DNA of 64,000 nucleotides from the NCBI GenBank assembly GCA_037310415.1, contig CP147780.1, positions 2,592,001 to 2,656,000 of the forward strand. The letters are read 5' to 3'. Position 1 is the first letter of the stretch; every line of letters begins with the position of its first letter. Positions 29,390 to 39,839 of the stretch are shown piece after piece. A program made the position numbers and the translations under genes. Source of the DNA: Candidatus Atabeyarchaeum deiterrae (lineage in GTDB: Archaea; Asgardarchaeota; Atabeyarchaeia; Atabeyarchaeales; Atabeyarchaeaceae). Below the pieces are notes generated by a model that did no database searches, had not been told where the DNA came from, and saw nothing but the letters and a program-made list of their open reading frames with translations.

Positions 29390-30391
29390 TCAAGGAGACT
29401 CTGTGTATTTAGCTTTTCGAAGTGTTTCAAAGGTACCGTACCCGCCCGTTATCCCGTCCAGTTCGAAATTCCCAAATGATTGAATCAGAATTGACTGGTT
29501 ACCTTTTTCGTCTTTGAATGGGACAGGGACGATTGGTCCAACATGAGCTATCAGTTTATGCTTCTTTCTTGAATAATCAACGATTTCCAGTTCGGAGCTG
29601 ACAGGGTAGACTCCATCTTTTCGGAATTTCTGATCAACTATTTTGATGGTCTTTAGTGGGATATTCTTTCCATCCTTGAAGAGAAATCCACCTGTGCTCA
29701 TTCGTCCGTCGTCTGCAACAATTGCTGCAGGGTTGATCGCGAGCTTGTCGTTGAACCATACTACATAATATAGCCAGTCACCTACGCCCGTCCAGTCTCT
29801 GACTCCATAAGTGTGGTCTCTCTGACCAATCATATTCCTCATTTCGTAGGTTTCTTCACCGATGCTTAATTTTCCATTTACTTTTGCAATCTGTTCCCAG
29901 TGTTTGTCTCCAGCCTTTTTGCCGAGTTCCAGCGATTCAGGCGTCATAAATTCCGCGTACTCATATGGCGCATTGATCGGGCTGAAGACAAATCTCATCT
30001 CAACCTTCGGAGTACCTGCAATCAGTTGGGGTTTCTCCCGAGCTTTCGGAAGAGTCTCAGGATCTTTAACCAAGATCATGTTTCCCTGAAATTCATAGTT
30101 CCATGAATCGTCGGACTGAGGTAGATGTGCCATCCCGCCTACCCTGAGATCTCGGGAATAATCCTTCGATTTTGTTGCTAGGTGATATCCGGCTACTGAT
30201 CCGTCTGGCAGGAAGAGAAAGAAGAATGTCATGCCTTCTGGTTTGTTTGGCTTGAACCCGATTCGAGAGACCCCTCCAAGCCTGTGTTCCTTTGAATAGA
30301 AGGCGAAGTAATATGACTCGTTCCACTCAGGGTGCTTTGAATTTGTTTTGTTTATTATCGGCTCCATGGTTCTGTCGCCAGTGATTCTCAC
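29390..30391 (-). CDS. Hypothetical protein, AttH/tocopherol-cyclase-like beta fold
   Basis: WNESYYF, HWEQ, GQRDHTYGVRDW motifs; coupled to the upstream dikinase-like gene. Confidence 0.6.
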   Translation of the reverse strand: MRITGDRTMEPIINKTNSKHPEWNESYYFAFYSKEHRLGGVSRIGFKPNKPEGMTFFFLFLPDGSVAGYHLATKSKDYSRDLRVGGMAHLPQSDDSWNYEFQGNMILVKDPETLPKAREKPQLIAGTPKVEMRFVFSPINAPYEYAEFMTPESLELGKKAGDKHWEQIAKVNGKLSIGEETYEMRNMIGQRDHTYGVRDWTGVGDWLYYVVWFNDKLAINPAAIVADDGRMSTGGFLFKDGKNIPLKTIKIVDQKFRKDGVYPVSSELEIVDYSRKKHKLIAHVGPIVPVPFKDEKGNQSILIQSFGNFELDGITGGYGTFETLRKAKYTESP

Positions 30392-33114
30392 TTCAGCGTA
30401 ATGGTGCCGTTGTCGCCGTTAATAGTTATGATTTGGCCTGTCCGAAACATCCTGCACGCATTGGTTACATTGGTCACAGCAGGGATGCCGTATTCACGAG
30501 CGATCACAGCTCCATGGGATAGAATGCCGCCTGTCTCTGTAATCAGACCGCCTATCTTTGAGAAAACGGGACTCCATCCAGGATCAGTCCTCGGAACTAC
30601 AAGGATTTCTCCCTGCCTCACGCTCGACATGAAATCAATCTTGTCTATCACTCTGACAAGGCCAGTAATGGTCCCTTGGCTTGCAGGTATCCCTTGGAAT
30701 TCTGTACTGTCCTTCGTGAAACGTGTCGTATCGTTGTACTCGCTTGATCCGTGAAGGAACTTGGGAGGAATCGTGTTTTCATGTTCCAGGAAGTCGTCGC
30801 GTCGAGCTCTCAGAAGCACCAGAAGCCCTTTCGCATCATTCTTGTCGTACTCGGAAGAGACTAAGCCTTTGATTTCCTTCTTGTGCAGGAAGAATATATC
30901 TCCTTCAGAATCTAGTATGCCTTTCTTGACCAATACTCTTCCGATTTCGAGGTATGCACTTCTGATCCTCGTTATCCAGCGATCAAGGTTAAACCGTTGA
31001 TTCTCCCGAAAGACAATGTAGGTTCGAGCAGCACCCAAGATTTTGGAAAAAATGAACCATTTGAGAAAGCCAAAGTGCTGAGACCTCATTTTGGCTTCGA
31101 CGAGCCTATCGATCCTCTGTCGCTCTCCTGAGGCCATCTCCTTGTCCTTAACAGTATCCAGTCTGTCGCCCCTGACTAGAGTCTTGAGCACGTCAAATAC
31201 GTACTTGGGCGCTTCTCGCCACCGTGGGTAATACGTTTCTCGAGTGAATCCACGATCTCCGTAATCCTTAATGAACTTGTCAAATTCGGTTTTGAAGTTT
31301 CTCGCCGTGGGGGTTTTGCTGCTCGAGACGTAATTATGGAGGTCTTCTGATTTCTTATCTAGGATGATTGTCTTCAGCTCTGGGGAATCTTGAATAATGG
31401 ATGCCAGTTGATAGATCCTGTCGTTCGTCTCAGTCAGTTTATGTTTTAGTCCAGAGATTAGAATTGGATAGAGTTTCTTTGCTTCCTCCTTTCCCAAGAA
31501 CCTGCCTAGCAAGTATTGTGCTATCAGGTTCATGCCAATGTTGTGGACAGGTATCCCATATCTGACGAGTCTGTAATGAGCCACCATCTGTTCATCTATT
31601 TCATTAGCTAGATCGAGAAGTCCTTTTGTGTTGTTAGTCCCAACAAGCTTGCTTAGCTTCTTATCAAACCTATCGCAGTAAGGAGAAAATACCTCCTTAT
31701 CCCATTTTTCGTATGCTTTTGCAGTTTTCCCCATCCCGCCATTCGGATCGTTGAACATAACTCGCAGGTTTGCGATGAGATACCTGAATAGTCGGAAGGG
31801 TAATTTCTTGACAGTTTGTTTACCGTAAGGTCCGTAGCCTTCGGGGAAATAGTTCAAGACATCGTCGTTTCTGACAAAAGTGGGTATTTCATTTTCCACC
31901 TTGCGCTTCAAGACTCTCAGATTGAAATATGCGTGGGCTTTGTACAACTTCAGTAGCTGGTCATCCATACGCTTGTAACCCATTATGCTATTGAGCTCCA
32001 TGTTAACGACTTTCGTCAACGGATCGCCTAAGAGCTCAAAGTACAACGGAGTCACAGGATCATTCCAATAGTCGTCGGAATACCCTCTGCTCCAAAGCAC
32101 ATCATCTTTTGGAGCGGTTTTCCTCAGTCTAGTTATGGGACGAGCCTGTAGAATATGGAGCCGATTATTCCGGTCAATGGCCCATTCGATATCCTGAGGG
32201 ACTCCGAAATGTTCCTCCACCCGAGAACCAACCTTGGATATATCCAGAATCTGTCCAGTTGTTAGGGAAGCTGCCATGTTCTCTTCGTCAGAGAGCTTGA
32301 CATATTCAGTACCGCCTTGCTGCTTTGACTTCTCTCTAACCACTACACCTTTCTTTCCGATTCTCCTGTCAATGATGCTGAACTTCTCATGACGAGGCTT
32401 TCCTTCTTTTTGGACTACAAATTGATCTGGGGAGCCTCGGCCCGACATGACCGACTCACCAAAGCCGAAGTTAGATTCAATCAGTAGTTCGCCCGGCTTT
32501 GAAGAGATCGGGTTTTGCGTGAATAGAACCCCTGCACTCTTTGCAGGCACCATTTCCTGTACCGCAATCGCCAACTGTACCTTGTCATGAGGGATGCCAT
32601 TCCTATGTCTGTAAGAAATCGCTCGGCTGGACCACAGGGATGCATAACATTTCTTGATGGATTGAAGAACTTGGTTAGCACTTGTCATATTCAGGAATGA
32701 ATCATATTGCCCAGCAAAAGAAGCAGTTGGCAAGTCCTCTGCGGTTGCAGACGATCGAACCGCAACGTTGCGAGCAGCTAGCCGATTGTATTTCGTTTTG
32801 ATTTCGTTGATTAATGTCGATGGCAGCTGGCATTCTAGTACATATTCTTGAATGGTTTTCGCGGATTTCTCGATCGATACGTAGTCTCCATAATCAATAC
32901 TATCTAATGATCTATTGATAGTGTCTCTCAGATTACGTAATTCCAGGAAAGACTCGTAAGCTTTTGTCGTTACGACAAAACCCTTCGGAACTGGAAACTT
33001 GTTCCTGATTAGTTCGCCCAGATTTGCGGCCTTGCCACCAGCAGTCTTCAGATCATTCTTGGTGATTCCACCTAGATCCAAGGTCAAGGTTTCTCTATTT
33101 GCCATTTTACTCAC
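30388..33114 (-). CDS. PEP-utilising enzyme with rifampin-phosphotransferase/PigC-like architecture (ATP-grasp, central substrate domain, C-terminal phospho-His domain)
   Basis: GGKAANLGEL, VRSSATAED, QDIEWA..LQARPIT; C-terminal TDPGWS..GGILSHGAVIAREYGIP. Confidence 0.85.
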   Translation of the reverse strand: MSKMANRETLTLDLGGITKNDLKTAGGKAANLGELIRNKFPVPKGFVVTTKAYESFLELRNLRDTINRSLDSIDYGDYVSIEKSAKTIQEYVLECQLPSTLINEIKTKYNRLAARNVAVRSSATAEDLPTASFAGQYDSFLNMTSANQVLQSIKKCYASLWSSRAISYRHRNGIPHDKVQLAIAVQEMVPAKSAGVLFTQNPISSKPGELLIESNFGFGESVMSGRGSPDQFVVQKEGKPRHEKFSIIDRRIGKKGVVVREKSKQQGGTEYVKLSDEENMAASLTTGQILDISKVGSRVEEHFGVPQDIEWAIDRNNRLHILQARPITRLRKTAPKDDVLWSRGYSDDYWNDPVTPLYFELLGDPLTKVVNMELNSIMGYKRMDDQLLKLYKAHAYFNLRVLKRKVENEIPTFVRNDDVLNYFPEGYGPYGKQTVKKLPFRLFRYLIANLRVMFNDPNGGMGKTAKAYEKWDKEVFSPYCDRFDKKLSKLVGTNNTKGLLDLANEIDEQMVAHYRLVRYGIPVHNIGMNLIAQYLLGRFLGKEEAKKLYPILISGLKHKLTETNDRIYQLASIIQDSPELKTIILDKKSEDLHNYVSSSKTPTARNFKTEFDKFIKDYGDRGFTRETYYPRWREAPKYVFDVLKTLVRGDRLDTVKDKEMASGERQRIDRLVEAKMRSQHFGFLKWFIFSKILGAARTYIVFRENQRFNLDRWITRIRSAYLEIGRVLVKKGILDSEGDIFFLHKKEIKGLVSSEYDKNDAKGLLVLLRARRDDFLEHENTIPPKFLHGSSEYNDTTRFTKDSTEFQGIPASQGTITGLVRVIDKIDFMSSVRQGEILVVPRTDPGWSPVFSKIGGLITETGGILSHGAVIAREYGIPAVTNVTNACRMFRTGQIITINGDNGTITLK

Positions 33115-33432
33115 TTAGTCCCAACCCCACTGACTGGCGTTTCTTTAGATCGCTCAAAGTTAATATACTTTTCATAGGAACCATGACGAAGACAGAAGCT
33201 CTTTTCGTTCTATGACGAAGACTCGCCATCTGAATTACCACACCAAAATCGGCTACGGTTCTCGGTAATTTATAATCAGAGTTTAATGAGTAACCAATCA
33301 TGTAAGTAGTGATCTTAATGTGTATGAAAGCGTAACTCTTTAACGTGAAATCGACCTCACACTTATGTGAAGGCCAACAGGCAGACACCCACCATACCTG
33401 TTTCGCGGTACTCAGGAGATGGATCATTAAGA

Positions 33433-34470
33433 ATGACTCCACCAACCTCTCAACCGACAAAGCTTTCCTTAGGTAAGGTTCCGGGTGACATTCTCAAGAG
33501 AATAGTCTTCAAGCTGACCGGAGCCACGAACCCACATGTGCTCAGTGGTCCGTCGATAGGACAGGATGCGGCAGTCATCGAATACCAAGGTAAGCTTCTT
33601 GTGGCAAAGTCTGACCCAATCTCGGGAGCAGAAAACAACGTGGGTTGGCTTGCCGTACACATCAACGCAAATGATATTGCCGTCAGAGGGGCAAAACCGC
33701 TATTCTATCTCTCCATAATAATGCTACCTGAGAATTCAGACTCCTCCACATTAGAGGAGGTATGCAAAGGAATAGATTTCGCCGCCAAAGAGCTCGACGT
33801 GTCAGTAGTAGGCGGGCACACCGAGGTCACCTCTGCTGTGTCAAGGCCAGTATTATGCGGAACAATGATTGGGGAAGCATCGCGGAACAAGATCATTCTT
33901 ACGAGTGGGGCAAAAATCGGCGACACTATAATCGTGACTAAGAACGTTGCTCTGGAGGGAACAGCGATAATTGCCTCCGACCGATACAACGAACTTCGAG
34001 GTGCGCTAGGTGACAAGCTTCTTAGACAAAGTCAGTGGTTCAAGACAAGAATTAGTGTAGTGAAAGAAGCCCTAGCCGCAGCTGACACTGGGTTCGTTAA
34101 CTGCATGAAGGACCCCACGGAAGGAGGACTGCTACAGGCATTGAATGAGATTGCTGAAGCTTCAAAGGTGGGGTACTCTATTGACGAGAGGCTTGTCCCG
34201 ATTGAAGAAGAAACAAAAAGGATTTGCGAGAATCTCCAACTAGATCCTCTCAAACTCATATCCAGCGGGATGCTTGTCGTAACTGTTCCAGAGCAAAAGG
34301 AAAAACGAGTCATCGAGAAAATCAATGGAGTCGGGGTCAAGGCGGCAAAAATAGGAACAATAAAGAGTAAAGGTAGAACGGCGAGAAGACTCTCCGGCAA
34401 GACTGAAAAAGTTGAGGAATTCGTAACCGAGGAATTGTGGAGAGCTCTCAAAGCAACAGCGAGAAAGTAG
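33433..34470 (+). CDS. AIR synthase-related (HypE/ThiL-like) protein
   Basis: GQDAAV, SDPI, NANDIA, VGGHTE, MKDPTEGG, SSGML. Confidence 0.85.
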   Translation: MTPPTSQPTKLSLGKVPGDILKRIVFKLTGATNPHVLSGPSIGQDAAVIEYQGKLLVAKSDPISGAENNVGWLAVHINANDIAVRGAKPLFYLSIIMLPENSDSSTLEEVCKGIDFAAKELDVSVVGGHTEVTSAVSRPVLCGTMIGEASRNKIILTSGAKIGDTIIVTKNVALEGTAIIASDRYNELRGALGDKLLRQSQWFKTRISVVKEALAAADTGFVNCMKDPTEGGLLQALNEIAEASKVGYSIDERLVPIEEETKRICENLQLDPLKLISSGMLVVTVPEQKEKRVIEKINGVGVKAAKIGTIKSKGRTARRLSGKTEKVEEFVTEELWRALKATARK

Positions 34471-34615
34471 AGTCGTACTAGGATCGACTGCCTCGCATGA
34501 GAAGAGACGATGCTTCACCTCTCTTTTTGAAGCCTCTCTTGAACAAAAGCTTTTATCCCAATATGAGTGCTTTAATCACATGGAATAGATTCTTTTCAAA
34601 GGTGAGTGAACATCA

Positions 34616-36016
34616 ATGGACAGAAGAAAGAAACCGAACGTTGTGCCCAAGGCTTTGACCGAAAATGAAATCATCTCTCTTTTGAGTGATATTACTCCTG
34701 AAGAAGTTAGCGAAGCGCGACGTGCTTCAATTATCCCAATGTATGATACCATATTCTTTGAGGGGGAGCCAGGAGGTGCAGTACTCAGAGACATAAATGG
34801 GGTCGAGTTTCTGGATTGCACATCCCAAGCTTGGACACTTAACGTTGGACCTTCCAATCCTGACGTGATCTATGGTGCATATGTGCAGGCTTCAAGACTG
34901 AACCATGTACGCTACGGGTACCCGACTATACCGAGAATAAAACTTATCAACAAGCTAGCAAAGATCGCACCTGGAGATTTGAAAAAAGTCTGTCTGAATA
35001 CCCAAGGAGGGTCTTATGCAGTAGAGGCGGCTATGAAGCTGGCAATGATTAACAAACCCGGATCGTCTCTGTTCGTCACATTTCTTAGAGGTTACCAAGG
35101 AAGCACCCTAGCGACATTAGGTGCAAGTGCCTTCATCCGTGAAGGAATTAGGATGCCTGGATTTGGATTGGATCACTATGTCAAGGCTCCTTATCCCTAC
35201 TGTTATAGATGTGCTTACGGTGAGGAAAGTCCCGATCAATGTAACAATGAGTGCCTGTCAACCCTTGAGCAGCTGGTGGACAGAGGAGTAAATGTTCCTG
35301 TTACGGGAATGATAGTCGAACCCATGCAGGGTCCAGGAGGCCAAGTTCCCGCACCAAAGAAATTCCTTGAAGGTCTCAGGAAGATATGCAATGACAGGAA
35401 GATAGTATTGATCTTTGATGAGGCTCAGACTGGTTTTGGGAGAATAGGTAAATGGTTTGCGGCAGAACTCTATGGTGTCATGCCGGACATAATCTGCTTC
35501 ACCAAGGCTCTGGGCGGCGGATTTCCAATAGGTGGAATACTCGCAAGCAAGAAACTCAAGCAGTCCTTCCTAACGCCTGGTGAAGAACACTCAACATTCG
35601 GTGCAAACCCGGTCTCGTTCGCGGCAGCAGTAGTAACCCTAGAAGTCATTGAAAGACTTAACCTCATGAAAAACGCAGAGGAACAAGGAAAGTACTTCAC
35701 AAAAAGGATCAAGGAGGAATTCATGGACAAATATCCAATCATCGGAGACATCAGAGGACCTGGACTGTTCATCGGAATGGAAATGGTGAAAGACCGCAAG
35801 ACCAAAGAACCTGCAACAATGGAAGCTAACGCGATAGTTGGAGAGGCGTTCAAGAGACATGTCATGTTCGACTTGAGCATGACTGACACCACAGCCAAGG
35901 GCGAGATGATCAGGAACGTAGTAAAGTTCAAACCCCCACTCGTCATTACCAGAGAGCAAGTGGATCACGCTTTGGATGTCTTTGAAGAATCAATCAAAGC
36001 AGTGACAAAGAAGTAG
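34616..36016 (+). CDS. Class III PLP aminotransferase
   Basis: VEPMQGPGG, FDEAQTGFGRIG, FTKALGGG, HSTFGANP, RGPGLFIG, KPPL. Confidence 0.92.
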   Translation: MDRRKKPNVVPKALTENEIISLLSDITPEEVSEARRASIIPMYDTIFFEGEPGGAVLRDINGVEFLDCTSQAWTLNVGPSNPDVIYGAYVQASRLNHVRYGYPTIPRIKLINKLAKIAPGDLKKVCLNTQGGSYAVEAAMKLAMINKPGSSLFVTFLRGYQGSTLATLGASAFIREGIRMPGFGLDHYVKAPYPYCYRCAYGEESPDQCNNECLSTLEQLVDRGVNVPVTGMIVEPMQGPGGQVPAPKKFLEGLRKICNDRKIVLIFDEAQTGFGRIGKWFAAELYGVMPDIICFTKALGGGFPIGGILASKKLKQSFLTPGEEHSTFGANPVSFAAAVVTLEVIERLNLMKNAEEQGKYFTKRIKEEFMDKYPIIGDIRGPGLFIGMEMVKDRKTKEPATMEANAIVGEAFKRHVMFDLSMTDTTAKGEMIRNVVKFKPPLVITREQVDHALDVFEESIKAVTKK

Positions 36017-36178
36017 CCAACTACTTAGCCTCTTGTCAGTCTACTTCTTTCTCTTATTCTCTTGCAAGACATGGTTGGGCCCCAAAAAAGAGAAACATGG
36101 CGACAAATTCTCCGCCCAATGTTACACTTTTTTCCTCAAATGAACGCAACGCTGTTCAAACAGTTGGAGAGAAACTCA

Positions 36179-37432
36179 ATGGCAGAAGTATTGGATAGGT
36201 TTGTCCGGTATGTTAAGATTCACACGACAAGTAAAGAGGACGTTGAGGAAGTTCCTAGCACTAAAATACAGTTCGACTTGGCCAATGTTTTGGTGGAGGA
36301 ATTAAAGCAACTAAGACTCATAGATGCGAAGGTTGACAGGCATTGTATTGTCACCGCAACCCTGCCATCCAATTTGCCAACCAATGTGAAAACTCCCGTC
36401 TTGACCTTTAATGCGCACCTGGATACTTCACCAGAAGAGCCAGGGGAAAATGTCAAACCCAATCTGGTCAGGAACTATCGAGGAGGGGAGATCAAACTTC
36501 CTGGCGACCCCAACATTGTGATCTCTCCAGACGACAGACCGATCTTGAAGGAGTACATCGGACACGACATTGTCACAAGTGACGGCACCACCCTACTAGG
36601 GGCTGACGACAAGGCGGGGGTCGCGGTAATAATGACAGCCGTTTCTGCTCTCGTCAGAGATCCCTCCCGAAAACACGGAACAGTAAGAGTCGTCTTTACG
36701 CCTGATGAAGAAGTAGGGACAGGCATTGAGATGCTGGATATTCCGGCGCTCAAATCAGACTATGCGTTCACCGTCGACAATGACGGGCTATATCTTGGAG
36801 TCGAGACTTTCAATGCCGCACGCGGAACAATAACAGTAAAGGGGTTCAATATCCATCCAGGAGAAGCATATGATAAGATGGTCAACTCTATTCGCGTACT
36901 GCCAGATCTAGTCAGCCTTTTCCCTGTAACAGTCGCGCCAGAAACTACCAAAGATCATCAAGGATATTACCACCCGTACGAAATTGAGGCTTCAGTCAAT
37001 GAAGCTAGACTACGTTTCCTCTTGAGAGACTTTGATTATAATGAGTTGAAGAAGAAAATGGTCAACATTCAAGAAGGAGTCAAGAGGATACAGCAGAAAC
37101 ATCCAAAGGCCCAGGTAATCCTGCAGCTACAGGATCAATATCGTAATATGAAAGAGATCTTGGACAAGGTTCCGGAGATTGTCGGGACTGCTGAAGAGGC
37201 AATCAGAAGAACTGGACTGAGGGTGAGAATTAAACCAATTCGCGGTGGAACTGATGGCGCCCGCATGTCCTTCAAAGGGCTACCAACTCCGAACTTGTTC
37301 TGCGGTTATGTGAATGAGCACAGCAAGAAAGAGTTTGTCTCAGTACAGGTAATGGAGAAGGCAACTGAAACCGTGTTGAATATTATCGATATATTTGCCC
37401 AGAAAAACGTAGGCAATCAGAAGAGTGAATAG
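36179..37432 (+). CDS. pepT: Peptidase T (M20B tripeptidase)
   Basis: RFVRYVKI.T, AHLDTS, LLGADDKAG, FTPDEEVG, ETFNAA, IRGGTDGA. Confidence 0.93.
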   Translation: MAEVLDRFVRYVKIHTTSKEDVEEVPSTKIQFDLANVLVEELKQLRLIDAKVDRHCIVTATLPSNLPTNVKTPVLTFNAHLDTSPEEPGENVKPNLVRNYRGGEIKLPGDPNIVISPDDRPILKEYIGHDIVTSDGTTLLGADDKAGVAVIMTAVSALVRDPSRKHGTVRVVFTPDEEVGTGIEMLDIPALKSDYAFTVDNDGLYLGVETFNAARGTITVKGFNIHPGEAYDKMVNSIRVLPDLVSLFPVTVAPETTKDHQGYYHPYEIEASVNEARLRFLLRDFDYNELKKKMVNIQEGVKRIQQKHPKAQVILQLQDQYRNMKEILDKVPEIVGTAEEAIRRTGLRVRIKPIRGGTDGARMSFKGLPTPNLFCGYVNEHSKKEFVSVQVMEKATETVLNIIDIFAQKNVGNQKSE

Positions 37433-37497
37433 GCATGGTTGTCTACAAGAAACGTCACTCCGCTTTGAAGCTCAAGTTGGCAATCGCATAACGAGCT

Positions 37498-39000
37498 CTA
37501 CAGATCGTATATGGGTTTCATCTTTTCGTTCAGGTATCTCAGGAACGGCTGGGAATCGACGTCTTTGCCAGTGATTGTCTTAACCAAGTCGAATGAATCC
37601 ATTATGTTGCCCTTTTCGCATATGTTTTCTCTTAGCCAAGAAAACGCGGGTGAGAAATCGCCCCTTGCGAGTGCTTCTCGCCATCTCGGAATTCTCCGTT
37701 CCATCGCTTCAATGAGCATGCCGTCGTAGACGTTTCCTAATGCGTAGTCGGGGAAGTACCCGAAGTAACCATTTGCCCAGTGGGTGTCTTGCATGACTCC
37801 CTCTGAATCATTTTCGATCTTGATGCCCAAGAACCTGTCCATTTTTTCGTTCCAGATCTCTGGCAACTCGCTGACATTGATCTTCTCAGCAAAGAGTTCC
37901 TTTTCTATCTCAAATCGCAAGATTATGTGCAGTGAGTAGGTGACCTCGTCTGCCTGAATACGGATTTTGGATGGCTTCACGTCATTTACAGCTCTTAGGA
38001 TCATGTCAAGGTTAACATCGTTGAATGTGTTGCTGGTGATCTTATTTAGCACTGGCAAGAAGTATGCCCAAAAGTCCCGGCTTCTGCCAACCACGTTCTC
38101 GACGAATCTCGACATTGATTCGTGAATCCCCATTGAACAGTACCTGCTGATGGGTTGATAACGAGATTTCGATGGTAGATTCTGATCGTAGAGGGCATGA
38201 CCAGACTCGTGTAGAACGGAGAATATTGACGCCGTCAAGTTTGTCTCATAATAGTGTGTGCATATGCGAACGTCATCGTACATGCCAGTCGTAAACGGGT
38301 GCTCAGTTTCGTCTAGGCGCCCTCTCTTCAGGTCATACTTAGCGAATTCCATCAACTTCTGAGATATCGTCCTCTGAACATCAACGGGCACAGGTCGCTT
38401 AATAAAAGACAAGTCCGCTTTGTTTCTCGACCCAACGCATTTCTTGATTAGAGGGATTAGCCCATTTTTCAACGGTTCAAACACTCGGCCAATGGTTGCT
38501 GCAGTCGCGCCAGGTTCATAGTAATCGATAAGTGCGTCATATGGGTCCCTATCAGGTGCCCAATAGTGCGCCTTCTTCTTCAGGAGATCCAACATCTTCT
38601 CCAAGTCTGACTTGAACATGGAGAAATCCTTGGCGGCTTTCGCTTTCTTCCATGCGCTGTTGCAGACTATGGCGTGCTTCCCGATTGCCTCGACGAGTTC
38701 GTCTGGCAGTTTGGTCTCGAGATCATAAAGGCGCTGGATGAAGTAGACATTGCGTTTATCCTCGGCGCCGAAATTCTCATATTCCGGTGATTTCTTCACT
38801 TTAGTAAGTAGAGTCTTGACTTCGGGGTCGATCCACTTCCGATGAATAAGCTGCTCGATCAGTGCCATTTGCATTGAACGTTGTTCGATCCCGCCCTGAG
38901 GCATCTGGGTCTCATAGTCCCATTCCATGAGGTTCTTGATGCTTTCCCAAAGCATCAAATCCTTTGCTCTTAGAAGCAGTGTTCTGTAATCATCAACCAT
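37498..39000 (-). CDS. Carboxypeptidase M32 (Taq-type)
   Basis: HPF, HESGH, HESMS, IRIQADE, QDTHW, GYFPDYALG. Confidence 0.95.
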   Translation of the reverse strand: MVDDYRTLLLRAKDLMLWESIKNLMEWDYETQMPQGGIEQRSMQMALIEQLIHRKWIDPEVKTLLTKVKKSPEYENFGAEDKRNVYFIQRLYDLETKLPDELVEAIGKHAIVCNSAWKKAKAAKDFSMFKSDLEKMLDLLKKKAHYWAPDRDPYDALIDYYEPGATAATIGRVFEPLKNGLIPLIKKCVGSRNKADLSFIKRPVPVDVQRTISQKLMEFAKYDLKRGRLDETEHPFTTGMYDDVRICTHYYETNLTASIFSVLHESGHALYDQNLPSKSRYQPISRYCSMGIHESMSRFVENVVGRSRDFWAYFLPVLNKITSNTFNDVNLDMILRAVNDVKPSKIRIQADEVTYSLHIILRFEIEKELFAEKINVSELPEIWNEKMDRFLGIKIENDSEGVMQDTHWANGYFGYFPDYALGNVYDGMLIEAMERRIPRWREALARGDFSPAFSWLRENICEKGNIMDSFDLVKTITGKDVDSQPFLRYLNEKMKPIYDL

Positions 39001-39337
39001 GGATGATTCTCTCTCCTAGGGAGAATTGATCTCAACCTCGATATTTAGGTATCTACTTGAAGAAGTTGCTTGATAAATAACTTCCTTAGGTCAGTTATCC
39101 ATCGCTGAAGCTTGTGGGCTCGCAACTCGGGGTTGTCTGGTGCGACCTTTCAAACCCTTCACCTTGCCAAACGCGCCTACTGACGGAAGTGGTGGGATAT
39201 ACTAGAATAGTAGGCTGACCGGGGTCTTCCGAAGATGGTTCTTTTCACGAATCTCAAGGATGTAAAGATCAAAGAGAAAGTATATAATCCTGTACCAGTC
39301 TTAAAACTCAGAACGGGCGCAGGTCGAGATTGACTCC

Positions 39338-39721
39338 ATGCGAAGTGAATTGCACAAAAAATCTGAATTGAAGATCGGCTCCGTTGTCATCGATTGCATC
39401 AACTTCGACAAGATGTTGGCATTTTGGCAGGAGGCGCTCCACTACATCACGAGAAGGCCAGCTAAAGACGGCTGGGTGATTCTTCACGACCCTGCTGGAA
39501 GAAACACAAATGTGTCTTTGAATCAAGTTTCAAAGAAGCTTATGGGTAGAAACTGGTTACACTTTGACCTATATACCAACGACCAAGGGGGAGAAGTAGA
39601 AAGGCTGCTCAAGATGGGAGCTACACGCCATCCTCAAACCTATGATCCGGAGGATGATTTTATCGTCCTTGAGGATCCAGATGGCAACCTCTTCTGCGTG
39701 GTCGACACAAGCAAGCGTTGA
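39338..39721 (+). CDS. VOC/glyoxalase family protein
   Basis: VVIDC..FW..AL, LHFDL, EVERL..GA, LEDPDGNLFCV. Confidence 0.88.
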   Translation: MRSELHKKSELKIGSVVIDCINFDKMLAFWQEALHYITRRPAKDGWVILHDPAGRNTNVSLNQVSKKLMGRNWLHFDLYTNDQGGEVERLLKMGATRHPQTYDPEDDFIVLEDPDGNLFCVVDTSKR

Positions 39722-39839
39722 TATTCGATGTTCGGATGCAGGCACTTTCTCATAGTATTCCAACGGGTGCAACCACAAAATGCAGCTCGTAAAAAACAAA
39801 AGCAAAAATCAAAGAAAACCTAAAATTCAAAGTCCAAGT

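Noticed and set aside
30388-33114. Annotation as ppsA (PEP synthase)
   Set aside because: Lacks the C-terminal pyruvate-binding TIM barrel; the domain order is Rph-like.
121-38999. Numerous antisense and overlapping ORFs in the track (e.g. 6332-7006, 7106-7825, 35470-35946)
   Set aside because: Shadow frames of well-supported genes.
39001-39337. Possible tRNA/ncRNA at the core-accessory boundary
   Set aside because: No cloverleaf, T-loop motif or convincing structure found by eye.
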